DNA of 64,000 nt from Octopus vulgaris (GCA_951406725.2 OX597823.1:55552001-55616000); one strand, 5' to 3'; counted from the stretch's first letter, positions 28,481 through 41,510 are shown. Program-made: numbers and translations. The notes: generated by a model from the letters alone, not told the origin.

Positions 28481-29132
28481 TGATAGGAATGGGATTTGCC
28501 CACTCTATAGGAACAAGTCATGGAACACTATAGAAAGGACAAAAAAGAAAATAGGGAAGGCCAACTCTTGGTATGATAGCCATAAATACCAGAGTGTCAT
28601 GTTCGTTGACACCACCCCTGGAGGTGAACTAGCGTACCGCTTTAGAAGGACCCTAGATAAACTTAAACTAAAAATTAAGGTTGTTGAAAAGCCAGGCAAC
28701 CCTATCAGATCTATAATTGGTAGAAGCTATCCTTTTAGTAGAACTCTCTGTACGGATAACTATTGCACTGTATGTAGATTTAGCCCACAAACGAACTGTA
28801 AAGCCAGAAATGTGGTCTATAGTATAAGATGTATAGAGGGATGATGCAGTAACAAGACAGTAACATACGTAGGGGAAACTGCAAGAAGCATTGGTGAGCG
28901 GGTGAATGAACATTGGAGACAACTCAAGGAAGGTAAAAGCTCATCGATTCTGTACCAACACGCCGAACAAGAACACGGGGGATCAATCAATAACACAGAG
29001 ATTAAGATATTGTCCACACATAGAACAGATGCAACAATTAGACAAATTACAGAAGCTACACATATAATAGAAAATAAACCTAGCCTGAATAGAAAACTAG
29101 AATGGAGCAATAGCGCACACCACAACATATGA
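28481..29132 (+). pseudogene. PLE C-terminal linker, Cys motif and GIY-YIG endonuclease; one in-frame TGA at 28842-28844
   Basis: CTDNYCTVC…NC KARNVVYSIRC…TYVGETARSIGERVNEH…RQITEA…PSLN; the ORFs 28416-28844 and 28902-29132 are in the same frame. Confidence 0.9.
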
Positions 29133-29634
29133 CAATAGTGGATCCTGCAAACATAATAAATACACAGGTAATTAAAGAAATAGAAATGAATATCTATATA
29201 TATGTATATGTATATGTATATGTGTATATATGTGTGTGTATATGTATATATATATATATGTATATGTATGTGTATGTATATATATATATGTATATGTATA
29301 TTCCTTTTTTTTTTTTTTTTTTCCATTAGATTTATTATTATTATTACTAATATTGTTGTTATACATACATACAAGCATATGTAATGATAATAATGGGTGG
29401 ATGTAAACACATGAACAAAATTAGAACAAAAGCAACAACAACAAAAACAAAATACAAATTACAAGAATGTATATAACCAGAAGATACAAATATTACAGGC
29501 ATCCCCCCCACACACACTAAATAAACATAGACGCACATAGAGATATAAACATGCGCAAATGAAGACATACAATAGAAATATAAAATGGCTGACGGTTAGT
29601 AAGGAGAGACACAAGTAAGTGAGAAGAAAACAAA

Positions 29635-29679
29635 GGACCACTGATGCGGTCACAGGAGTGTGACGAAAGAACTTTGGCC
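29635..29679 (+). ncRNA. Hammerhead-like motif in PLE 3' region (mirror copy on minus strand, 27713-27757)
   Basis: cca CTGATGC G GTCACA ggag TGTGAC GAAA gaac TT tgg; A9 replaced by C. Confidence 0.65.
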
Positions 29680-29854
29680 GAAATAAGATTAAGATTAATG
29701 TAAAAAATAAATATCACTGAAGCAAAATAACACCAAATATATAGTGCGTGTGTTTTTATTGGCTAAACTGGCAATATGACCATTCCGAAATATAACAATA
29801 TCTGTTTCAACACACGACTTCACATAAAAAATCTTGCACAACAAATATTTAAAC

Positions 29855-29925
<71 letters not shown>

Positions 29926-30037
29926 TGTATGTATGTACGTATGTATGTGTATTTGCATATATATAGAGAGAGAATTCACAAACAAAACAAAAGACGAAGA
30001 CAGATGTATTAGTTCAACGCTCGGTAAGTGAAAAAGT

Positions 30038-30073
30038 CTTTATCGTTACGAGCCTACGCTCTTCCACAGAAAG
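30038..30073 (-). ncRNA. Degenerate minimal hammerhead (same family as 957-989)
   Basis: cttt CTGTGGA A GAGC gtag GCTC GTAA CG AT aaag. Confidence 0.4.
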
Positions 30074-30417
30074 GAACACAGAAAGAAACAAGGAGAGAAA
30101 ATAAAAGCATGTGTAGTGGCTAGCGATCTAACATGACGAGTTATATCCTCATTAGGGATTATATAATCCAAGGTATTCTACTAGTAATCTACCTTAGTTC
30201 CATGATCTCTGAACTAACCCCGAAGAAGTCTTACCACCTCATAGTTAGAATATGATACCTACCTTAGCATTTAACCAAAATGCTCCGAAATTCTGTCTCA
30301 GCTTTACAACTCGTAATCAATTTATTTGTACTGTCATGTTTTTTAAAAGAAAATTTCATTTTATAACATACAAATAAATTATTCATTCATCCATTATTTC
30401 TCACTACCCCAATATTG

Positions 30418-30459
<42 letters not shown>

Positions 30460-30593
30460 CATATACACATACATACATACATACATATCTACATACATAT
30501 ATATATACATACATACATATATATATACATGCATACATATATACATACATATATACATACATATATACATACATATATACATACATACATACA

Positions 30594-30646
<53 letters not shown>

Positions 30647-31199
30647 GCACAATACTTACACATATAAGCATATTCTTATATAAACACGCATGGATATGCA
30701 CGAGTGCAAACAGATATTTCTATTTGTATAGATTTATCTATCATAGAGACACACACGCACATATGCTTATAGGATATTTATGCACGCACACATTCATACA
30801 TAGATGTGCGCCGAATATGCTGATAAACTCACTCGTATACGCTCGCAAAACACATACACATATAACGCCTGCATGTATATACATGCATGTATATCAATGT
30901 AATCCATATTTATATTCAGATACATATTCTATTTTCATATACATATTCATGGTTACATGATCACACTCGCGTGCTTCACGCTCACACTTATCCGTACACG
31001 TGCATTTAAGCACGATGTGCGTGTCAAGTCGTGCAGGCATACAGGCGTGCATGTTCGTTCTTGTAAATAATAGTTCAAACATATGCTGATGATGAAAGGT
31101 AAGGATGCATCAGAAACCTACACTCAATAAGGAAGTTCAGTAGTATGCGTGATAAATAAATAAGGTGGATAAATAAGATAAGTATGATACAATAATTAA

Positions 31200-31556
31200 A
31201 AGAGTGACAAGGGTAAATAGGGTAAAGTTCCCCTCCGATCATGAACGACTATGTGATCGAACCTAGAAAGTTCCCCTCCGAGACACAAATCCAGGTAAGG
31301 TTGTTTATGAAGACCAGCAGTCTCCCATGTATCCCAGCCTCCCCTCTCCATGCCAATAATGTTATTTAAGGGAAAGGTAAAGGCCAATACAGCTTGGCAC
31401 CAGTGATGTCGCTACTCCTTTTGTATAGCTGAGTGAACTGGAGCAACGTGAAATAAAGTGTCTTGCTCAAGAGCACAACACACAGTCCGGTCAAGGAACT
31501 CACTACCTCATTATTGTGAGCCCGACACTCTAACCACTGAGCCATGTGCCTTCACT
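31200..31556 (-). mobile_element. tRNA-derived SINE with a conserved central domain (family E)
   Basis: Head tggctcagtggttagag; cttgagcaagacactttatttcacgttgctccagt shared with 53140-53185. Confidence 0.8.
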
Positions 31557-31608
31557 AAACGGGGGGAAAAGTAATAAGTAGTGATGAAATATGATACAAT
31601 AAATTATT

Positions 31609-32006
31609 CTTTTCTACTCTAGGCACAAGGCCCGGAATTTTGGAGAAGGGGCCAGTCGATTAGATCAACCCCAGTACGCAACTGGTACTTAATTTACCGA
31701 CCTCGAAAGGATGAAAGGCAAAGTCGACTTCGGCGGAATTTGAATTCAGAACGTAAAGACAGACGAAATACCTATTTCTTTAATACCCACAATGGGCTAA
31801 ACACAGAGAGGACAAATAAGGACAGACAAACGGATTCAGTCGATTATATCGACCCCAGTGCGTAACTGGTACTCATTTAACCGAGCCCGAAAGGATGAAA
31901 GGCAAGGTCGACCTCGGCGGAATTTGAACTCAGAACGTAAAGACAGACGAAATACCGGTAAGCATTTCGCCCGGCGTGATGACGTTTCTGCCAGCTCGCC
32001 GCCGTA
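31609..32006 (-). mobile_element. Dimeric SINE family A with a 16-bp TSD
   Basis: gatacaataaattatt at 31593-31608 and 32007-32022. Confidence 0.9.
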
Positions 32007-32267
32007 GATACAATAAATTATTGATAAAAAGAATATTGTCCTGACAAGAATCGGTAGAGAGTAAGTTATCATTATGGGAAAGAATGTGAAAAGAACCATG
32101 GTGTGACAAGAAATTTCGGGAAAAAAGCTGAGGAAATGTCCCAATAATGGCAGTTATAGCTCTTAGCAGCCGAACTGAGTCGAAAGCAAACTGTTTCTTG
32201 TGTATTAATTCTTTTATTGTGTGTCAGAAGTTACTTCAAAAGAATTTGTGAGTTCTAACCGACGGGT

Positions 32268-32495
32268 TTGACTCTCTAGTATTTAAACCGGCCATAACCT
32301 GCCGAAATGTGCCACCTGTTTTATGGTCAAACTGGCTAGATCTGGCCTCTCATACGAACCCTATATTGTCATTAGGAAAATAAACAATAATATCATTGAA
32401 ATCTCAAAGCTACAAGATAGTGTCTGATTAATTCAAACCAATGTGAATAAATATTCATTATATTTGGAGGAGTAAGCTGAATGCTAAATGGTGAA
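32268..32495. mobile_element. Degraded MITE, possibly piggyBac-type
   Basis: Imperfect terminal inverted repeats ttgactctctagtattta / tgaatgctaaatggtgaa. Confidence 0.4.
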
Positions 32496-32779
32496 ACTGT
32501 TAGACACTAGACACTTGCAGGATAAGCATTTTCTCAGTTAGCACCGAATAGCAACAGTGCCAGATTTTATGATGATATGATTGTGCGATTACCAAGGTAG
32601 ATCAAATAATACTGTAGGCTTGTTCAATCATCTCCGTGAAGTAAAGTATACCTCTATAAAGTGGTGCTTGTGAAAAGTCTTTGAAGGTTAGCGAAATAAT
32701 CTTTATGATGCTAGATCCGTATTTTGAAGAGTGTGGTTAGTCCACACTTGCATGTAGTTATAGAACTGGATTCTGACTT

Positions 32780-32940
32780 CGCGCCGGACGAAATGCTTTG
32801 CGGACTTTCGTCCGTCTTTACGTTATGAGTTCAAATTTCGCCGAAGTCGATTTTTCAATGAAATAAGTACCACTTAAGTGACAATGTAATTGACTCGTCT
32901 TTCTCTCAAAATTTCAAGCCTTGGGGCCAAACTAGAAATG
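32780..32940 (+). mobile_element. Diverged SINE family A
   Basis: gccggacgaaatgc…gagttcaaatttcgccgaagtcga. Confidence 0.75.
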
Positions 32941-33419
32941 ATTAAGGTTAGCAAACATTTTAGTATTGTGACTTCTAATGTAAGATGTGAATTTCTTGCA
33001 TGTGAAGTAGCTGACTCTGTTGGCCTTCTTGCTGAAGATTTTGTAATAGTTTTGATCTGTTGAAGAGATTAACGTGGGTGGGGGCTACTGTGCTATGTTA
33101 GTTTTTACTGTGATGTTTAAGACATGTTTATACCCTAAAATATTAAATATAAAAGTGCCTTTATTGCATTTCTTTAGTGAAACCACTATTTTGGAAAGCA
33201 ATCTTGTACTGAAACACATTTCTAAAAGTGACATTATACTCAGACAACTAATATTGTGGACAAAGTTGCGTAAAATATATAGTGGTTAGCTAGGACTCTT
33301 TTTTTTTTTTTTTTTGTAATGTAAAACTAATATTTTAGCAGGGCTTGTGTTTATATTTATCTTTAAAGTGACGCCTAAAAAATTAACTATCATATGGGTG
33401 TAAATTTTGCTGTTATTCT

Positions 33420-34320
33420 CCCCCCTGTTTCAGTGAATAGATATCAGGTCTTTTCCAGCGCACTTCCGCTGCAATTTCTTCATCTTATAGCAGATAATCT
33501 CTTTTACAATAGGTCTAGTGGTGTGCTCGTAATACCGAAGGTCATCATGCGAAACATTAAATCTATCAAATAATACATTTCCATAGCTTTTGATCTTAGC
33601 GGCGTTATTAAAAAAAAACAGGAGATATATTTATGCAGTTAGTTTGGGAGATTTTTAGTAATCGCTAGGTGAAAATGTCAATGATATCAACCTGTCATCG
33701 ACACCATGAAACCATTCTTTTATGTCTAAAGTGCAGCACAGCCATAGGAAGTATAACTTCTGTCATAACTTCTTGATCTTCTTTTCTCAGACTTGCTGAA
33801 TGACTATGCTGGATTCTAGTCATGCCGCATTAGATGGGCCTCATATATGATTACTATATCTCGGTCGCGCTGCTTTCACAGATTACCATGACTTACCGTT
33901 GTCATCCAATTCCAACATTATGAATTTGAATTGGGAATTTCAGCCATATTGAACCTTTCATTAGCTGATTACATAACCACGGACGCCACCCCTATGAATG
34001 CATTGCAGTTAATCTCTTGATAGATCTTGGTGGTCCTGACCATTGATCTTCTAGAATTCCTCTGTCAGTTGAGCTCTTCCGCTACCTATTCACAATCTGC
34101 CATGCTGCAGCCCATTGGCTTCACCGTATCCCTAGCAGAATGGCTAAATTGGTGTTATACCTTGTCAAAGGGTGACCCGTAGCTATGCAGAGGTCGTCAC
34201 TATATGAGGTATTTTCAAAATGCTCGCATACCCATGGGGTTACCAATGAACTATGACTTCCGGGTCTTTAATATGTTATAAAGGTGTACGGTGGAGAAAG
34301 CCTAAGCTTTTAACTCCGCA
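33420..34320 (-). pseudogene. Possible highly degraded non-LTR reverse transcriptase
   Basis: Minus-strand peptides in the expected order: LYNIL, SYSDDLCIA (YxDD-like), RMMTFGITSTPLDLL; many stops. Confidence 0.4.
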
Positions 34321-35849
34321 TTCAATACTCACCCTCTTACCGGTTTCTTTCGCGCGTAAATTAACGGGCGCATGTGCGTTTTCCCCAAGATATTATTTAT
34401 TTAGTTACTTATTTATTAATATATTTTTGTTTTTGCATACACTAGAGATGCTGTTGGCTAAGCCCCAGATATAAGATTTTGCATGTAAACTGCAGACAGT
34501 TTTCTCTTACTAGATGAAATGTTCACACTTCAAAGAGATCTTAATGACTTTAAGTCTCTCCTTCAAGTTTCTCTTTTCAAGTTACTTTGGAAATTATTGC
34601 CAATTCTCCTGAATCAGCTGCGAATGATTTTTGTCATTTCGTCAAATAATATTTTCTGAAGCGTTCCGAATCAGACTTTTATTGTTTACCTTATTTGGCG
34701 TCTCATTATCAAAAACATATCCCCAAAAGCAAGACGCTAAATACTTCTCTCAGAATCCATCCAATAAAAACCAAGCATTAAATTCGAACATTCTTTGAAT
34801 ATACTTCTTTTTTTTTTTAATTGTCGTGTACATTTCCTGCGAAAAACTTTCTAAAGTTCTTTTCCCAATGAAAATGTTACATATTCTGGCTATCCACCTA
34901 ATTCTAACAACTGCATAAAGATTGGATACGGGAAACCTGAAGAATGGTTAATGAAGAATTTAACTCTCAATAAAAAATAACATACAACTTGTGCCGAGTA
35001 CCACCTTTTCTCCTTAACTATATAGTATTTTGTGGCGTGTCAGACAGACACTCCCACACGTAAGAACATGTTCAAATACGTACACGAATGCACACACCCA
35101 CACACACACACATACAAACGTTACCCACCCAAACATTGGAGTAGCAATCGACCTAACAAACGATCCCCCAACCAGATAACATCTAATACTATATACACCA
35201 CAACCCATCAAAACAGACACCAGCATACACATCCAAAACCCTATTTCCACCCAGGTAACCCCCCTCTCAATCGGATTAAACGAACTAGAACCCGAGACGT
35301 CATATGGTTCCTCACCACCACCACAGTTGTCCTTAACGTTCAGACTTGAGTACTCAAACTCTTCTTCGCCCTACTCAAAAAACGTTTCCCTAAATCTAAA
35401 CCCCTTAAACATATTTAACCTCCAATCTATAAAATTGTCCTACTCTACCACCAACATTGCCGGAGTTATCCGACATCTTAACAAGAAGCAACTCCAAAAT
35501 ACACTAACGGCTAACCACCACCCTAGAAAATTAATTCAACATAACCCCTAACTCCATACATATAAAACCAATACATATAAAACTAACAAACAAAACCTCA
35601 TAACTACAATTATATTGCCATTGCTAACACCCAACCCTTAAAGTTACCACAACACTCAAATATACCTCCTGCTATAATACAGAATACCACAGAGGATACA
35701 ACCGGACCAAATAATTATCATACCATACAACCTAACAACACCACCCTCAACCCATTAACGATTGATAACCTTAGCACCAACTATAATAAATTACCAAACA
35801 CCGATTCCTCACCAAGTAACAATCTCCTCACAAGCTCATCCTCCTACAA

Positions 35850-36271
35850 GCCTATGCAGCTTCAGACGCCCAACCTCCTGTCTTTTAGATAACCGTTTTC
35901 TCACTCTAAACATAATTTATAAGTGCACAATATCAACTAACAACTGCAACTACGTTTACATCGGCTCATGTAGCACCACCTTCAAAGCTAGAGTGAGCAA
36001 TCACTACTCTAACTTCAAATCCCATGCAAAGTTTAGCAGTACATCGTTATTTCAACTTATCAATAAACTAGCACTTGACTCAACTCCTTATACTCTCAAC
36101 TGGTCCATAATCATCCACGCCAAACCTTACAGCGGATATAATAATAAGCGTGATCTCTGCATAGCCGAGGTCATAGCTATTTTGCAATCCATGAACTGTC
36201 TCAATGAAGGCAACAATATAATATTCACCTGCAAACATCGGGCGCTAAATCTATTCCCGAAATGCAAATAA
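35850..36271 (+). pseudogene. PLE GIY-YIG endonuclease domain
   Basis: IIY…YIG…R…H and terminal C/E/N/CxH motifs in ORF 35762-36271. Confidence 0.88.
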
Positions 36272-36967
36272 GTACAACCCCACCCCGCTCCTGTCTGCCG
36301 ATAACTCTCATATATTATTTTTCCAATTCATCCATCCTCACTACCACTGCGTATTAAACCAACAATATCTGTTTATCCCATTTTAATTCCTTAATCGTCA
36401 ATTACGATTTTCTTTCCATATTTTTACTTACTACCTAAAATATTCTTCTCCCTTGAATTTCTACTCCTTCCCGTTCCTACCCCTCTACTTGTAAACGTAC
36501 AAATACATATGCTTATATACACCTTCACCACATCATTCGTTTTTATTTTTCTTGTGCCAATTTACGCCTTTTGACCATAAAACCACAAAACTGTGCTTAA
36601 ACTCCTTGCTTTATTCCTACATACTTTCTTTTGTCCTCCACGACCAAATATATTTCCCCACCCTCTCCCCTCCAATTTCTCTTCTCTTCAAATGGCAATC
36701 CCACTATTGAATTCTGTGATTAAGCTAAAACTACTATATTATCTACCACTGACCCATCCTCCTTTCTCTCACTCCCCTATATCTTATTTTGTATTTTACT
36801 TTATTTATCTATTTTTCTTTCTCTTCTTTCTTCCCTTCTATTACTTATTTCTCCCTTCATTTATATACCCCTCACATATTGTGCTTTCCACACATTATGA
36901 TTGAATCTTTGCGTCAACGTGTACCTCCTTGAGACAGTGTAGCCTTTAATCTAATCAAGATATCCTT

Positions 36968-37050
36968 GGCCTGAAGAATAGCTGGCGGTATACACCTCAG
37001 TTAGATTTTACCACATCTGAGGTTCTACTCGCTATGAAACATATGTAGCC
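36968..37050 (+). ncRNA. Type I hammerhead ribozyme with extended stem II
   Basis: ggc CTGAAGA atagc…acctcag…ctgaggt…gctat GAAA c atat GTA gcc. Confidence 0.85.
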
Positions 37051-37280
37051 CAGATTTCCCATATTCCATTGTGTAACTCTTGCATACTTTTTCGCACACT
37101 CGGCAACACTGGTTGCCTATATAAAAGGAACACTTTTTCAGTTCATCGTTCTTCGATATAAGAAAAAAAATCCGTAACCTTCCATCTCAATAAACCACTA
37201 TTGTTCCTGAAAGTTGTTTTTTATATTCGCTACTGATTGCTCGAAGCTAACTTTCTTCCTACAACTCGATCCTTGGAGCA

Positions 37281-37333
<53 letters not shown>

Positions 37334-37444
37334 GCTTCCTGTCAAAACGGCATGCCAACGTACTTTGGTAATTTACATTTGTATCAATATGTCTGTGTTG
37401 TATGTATGTATGTATGTATGTATATATATATATATACATATATA

Positions 37445-37620
37445 GTACAGGAAATGGGGAAAGCTTGGTCTGCAATGTTTGCAGTCGTGTATGTTTGTCA
37501 AGAGCTGGGCTCATTAGCCACCAACGGAGCCGCAAATGCAAAATATAAGTTAGTCCTACAGCGCACAATGTTCCTGAAGGTCGGCAATGGTCTTCCTCGG
37601 TCACGAGTGGACAGCCATCA
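37445..37620 (+). mobile_element. RTE LINE extreme 3' end
   Basis: [22 protein letters not shown] matches the finger at ~8985; followed by a short UTR and a CATA-type tail. Confidence 0.75.
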
Positions 37621-37641
37621 TACATACATACATATATATAT

Positions 37642-37692
<51 letters not shown>

Positions 37693-37714
37693 CATACATA
37701 CATACATACATACA

Positions 37715-37799
<85 letters not shown>

Positions 37800-37991
37800 G
37801 GATTTCAAAATAGAAAATTACCCTTTAACAGGTAATTTGACATGCTAGAAATAGCATTCAACACGGCCAAAAACCACAATTTTATAGCAAATTTCGAAGT
37901 AAATGAAAAGTAAAAACCTTTACCTTGTTATATAACGGTTAAACCATGTTTTCAGATTTCTTTTGCAAATAATATCGCTTGCCATCTTTTA

Positions 37992-38039
<48 letters not shown>

Positions 38040-38402
38040 ATAAAACAGTAAGATAACAAAAGAAAGAAAGAGACCTCAATATTATGTAAATAGAGGAAAT
38101 TTATCTATTCAATATGTTACATTACTCGGTAGTCAAGATAAAACTCTGAGTTTCAGATGCCGAAGTGGAAATCCACAACACCATCTCTTCGGTTATCTGG
38201 CTATTTGAAAACGTTATGAAAAAATACCGTTAAATAAAGGGAAATTACTCTGTTATAACTCTGCTTGCCTGCGTACTTATACATCGCTCGCATTTTTCGT
38301 CATAAAAATTATATAAAAATATATAAAAAAATATATAAAAAATATATAAAAATATATAAAAATATATAAATTCTTCTTGGGACATAACATAGAAAGCATG
38401 TT

Positions 38403-39345
38403 CTATCTGTTTTCTTTAGGGGACCAAAAACGTAACAGAAATTTAGTCACATGTGGGCATGATCCGAAAAGCTCTGTCCTTGTATTTAGACATGTAGTAG
38501 GGTCTAAGCTGCTTTTCCAGATAAGCCATCTCTCCATGTCGCATAGACCACACCTTCCGCTGCCGTTAGTATAGGGCTTACATCTGGCCAAAATCTTCCA
38601 TTGTATGTTATAATCGACACCTTTATCTCTTAAAGACCAAATATGATTAGACAATTGTGTCGCTTTTCTTTTGTTCCAGTGCCTAAAGCTCAAAGTGTAG
38701 TTATTGAACCTGGCCTTGAAATTACCCTCTGTAAGGCCCACGTATTTCTTCGTCGAAACGGTGTCTTTAGTGGTTATAGAGTTTACGGTAGCTTCATATA
38801 TGATGGTCTTGGACATGCAAGCTCCATTTAGCGGGCACAATTCTTTATTCCTGCATGAACAGCTGTTTTCTTCTTGTGCTTTTTGTATGTTATGTTTGAT
38901 TATGTTTTTAAAATTGGTAGTTGAACTAAAACTAATTTTTAAATTGTGTCTATTGAAGAGTTTCCTATAAGTATGGTTAACTGGAAAATGTCTATCTATC
39001 AGTGCTAGGAAATATTTACCTATATTGAAGGCCACCTCGGGCGAGTAAACCAGATGACCTTCTTATTTCTATTATTCCTTTTCCTTACTGTTGGACTAGT
39101 GATAGGTGTATATTTTATTTTATCGCTAAAACCACTATCTTTTAAAGCCTTATTATAAACTGGGGCAACGCTATTGAAGATGTCCTCATCAGATGAGAGG
39201 CTAGAAATCCTCTTACTAATATTTTTAACTAAATTTTTGAATACTATAGGGGGATGGCATGAACCTACATTAATATAACTTAGTCTATCATTGGGCTTCC
39301 TATAAGGCTTATAAATATTCTTATTAAGATCTAAGGAAACGTTTC
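38403..39345 (-). pseudogene. PLE RT thumb plus GIY-YIG endonuclease; one frameshift near 39030
   Basis: YKPYRKPND…HPP…KVIWF / CSCRNKELCPLNGAC…IIYEA…YVGLTEGNFKARF…CGLCDME…LNTRTE…CPH. Confidence 0.92.
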
Positions 39346-39644
39346 CTACATGTCTAAATACAAGGACAGAGCTTTTCGGATCATGCCCACATGTGACTAA
39401 ATTTCTGTTACGTTTTTGGTCCCCTAAAGAAAACAGATAGAACATGCTTTCTATGTTATGTCCCAAGAAGAATTTATATATTTTTATATATTTTTATATA
39501 TTTTTTATATATTTTTTTATATATTTTAATATAATTTTTATGACGAAAAATGCGAGCGATGTATAAGTACGCAGGCAAGCAGAGTTATAACAGAGTAATT
39601 TCCCTTTATTTAACGGTATTTTTTCATAACGTTTTCAAATAGCC

Positions 39645-39707
39645 AGATAACCGAAGAGATGGTGTTGTGGATTTCCACTTCGGCATCTGAAACTCAGAGT
39701 TTTATCT
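39645..39707 (+). ncRNA. Type I hammerhead-like motif (mirror copy on minus strand, 38136-38198)
   Basis: agataa CCGAAGA gatg…gtgga tt tccac…catc t GAAA ctc a gag TT ttatct; 6-bp stem I. Confidence 0.75.
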
Positions 39708-39729
39708 TGACTACCGAGTAATGTAACAT

Positions 39730-39789
<60 letters not shown>

Positions 39790-39792
<3 letters not shown>

Positions 39793-39996
39793 TTTTACTC
39801 TTCTATTTGTTTCAGTCATTTGACTGCGGCCATGCTGGAGGACCGCCTTAGTCGAGCAAATTGACCCCAGGACTTATTCTTTGTAAGCCTAGTACTTTTC
39901 TATCGGTCTCTTTTGCCGAACCCCTAATTTACGGGGACGTAAGCACACCAGCATCGGTTGTCAAGCGATGTTGTGGGGACAAACACAGACACACAA

Positions 39997-40039
<43 letters not shown>

Positions 40040-40190
40040 TACGACGAGCTTCTTTCAGTTTCCGTCTACCAAATCCACTCACAAGGCTATAGTAGAAGAC
40101 ACTCGTCCAAGGTGCCACGCAGTGGGACTGAACCCGGAACTATGTGGCTGGTAAGCAAGCTACTTACGACACAGCCACTCCTGCTCCTAT
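39790..40190 (-). mobile_element. SINE family B, near full length
   Basis: Head, internal microsatellite and tail all present. Confidence 0.9.
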
Positions 40191-40802
40191 ATATATATAT
40201 ATATATATATTACACGCACACAAAAACATTACATATAATATACATATATATTTTACATATATATATATATATATTATGTAAGTGTTCGTGTGTGAATACA
40301 TACGTACATGTATGCTTAGGCATACGTTTATTGCAAAGCAAAATATCGAAGGATATTGTCATAAAAAGCAATTTTAGGAAACAAAGATAAAATACGCATT
40401 TCATTATCATTAATCCTGTCTCAAAATTCATGACGTTTTTTTTTATATTTTTGGCTTTGTTTTGTTTTTAAATTGATAATCATTTTTGTATGACTGGTCA
40501 TGTCGGACTTTTTATCATTGTCTTGTTTTGGTGTGCAATTTGCATTTAGTTTCTTTCTCTTTTATATTTTCGAGAATTAAATGTATGTGAGACATAGTGA
40601 ATATAATAATCCTCTATAGAATAAAAGAATAGAACAATTTTTTTTTTATAAATAAAAAAAAAGATATCCTCTGCTTATCAATACAAAGTTTCTAATGTGT
40701 TTAAATCACATTGAATAAAACTATCTGACACAAAGAACAAAGGGAGAAAAGAGAAGAATGATCTCAACGTCAGCTAAATACTTCGGTAGACATGGAACAT
40801 CA

Positions 40803-40849
<47 letters not shown>

Positions 40850-40855
40850 TGCAAT

Positions 40856-40893
<38 letters not shown>

Positions 40894-40962
40894 TGATAAA
40901 AATAATGAAAAAGATTATCAAGTCGTAAGCTAAGCAGCGAGTATGTTGTAAAAACACGTATA

Positions 40963-41129
40963 CAAGAAGAAGAAGAAGAAGAAGAAGAAGAAGAAGAAGA
41001 AGAAGAAGAAGAAGAAGAAGAAGAAGAAGAAGAAGAAGAAGAAGAAGAAGAAGAAGAAGAAGAAGAAGAAGAAGAAGAAGAAGAAGAAGAAGAAGAAGAA
41101 GAAGAAGAAGAAGAAGAAGAAGAAGAAGA
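40963..41129 (+). repeat. Pure (AAG)n microsatellite
   Basis: About 55 uninterrupted units. Confidence 0.98.
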
Positions 41130-41295
41130 CGACTTCTTTTACAGTCCGCAAGGACCCAAGACGTGAGGAATTGTATTAAAACAAAACGAAATTATTTCAA
41201 AATATGTCGGATATACATTGAATAAAAGTGTGAGATATTCAAGAAAAATGACGAAATAAAATAGATAAATAAATGACAATAAACAGCACTGTGAA

Positions 41296-41510
41296 GGCAG
41301 CGATTAGCAGAACTGTTAGCACGCCGGACAAAATGCTTAGCGGCATTTCGTCTGTGCTCACGTTTTGAGTTTAAATTCCGCCGAGGTTGACTTTGCCTTT
41401 CATCCTTTCGAGGTCGATAAAATAAGTACCAGCTGAGAACTGGAATCGATGAAATCGAATTACACTTCTTCGGAACTTGCAGGTCATGTGCCAAAATTTT
41501 AAACCAATAA
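41296..41510 (+). mobile_element. SINE family A, diverged
   Basis: Similarity to family A. Confidence 0.85.

Larger units (their letters stand above)
27591..29856 (+). mobile_element. Young 5'-truncated Penelope-like retroelement with an inverted 3' duplication
   Basis: 27591-28393 is a near-perfect reverse complement of 28997-29801; GIY-YIG coding core; (TA)n on both sides. Confidence 0.92.
34330..37283 (+). mobile_element. Degraded Penelope-like element with GIY-YIG domain and 3' hammerhead; left boundary uncertain
   Basis: RDVIWF…IFNLQSIKLSYST; IIYKCTI…YIGSCSTTFKARVSNH…WSII.HAKPY…LCIAE…CKH; homologous to 38403-39035. Confidence 0.8.
38037..39733 (-). mobile_element. Young 5'-truncated Penelope-like retroelement with an inverted 3' duplication
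   Basis: 38110-38497 is the reverse complement of 39346-39733; (TA)n on both sides. Confidence 0.93.

Noticed and set aside
34195-34245. THAP-like CEHF motif on the minus strand
   Set aside because: Other THAP residues are absent, and the adjacent YSDD fits a degraded RT better.
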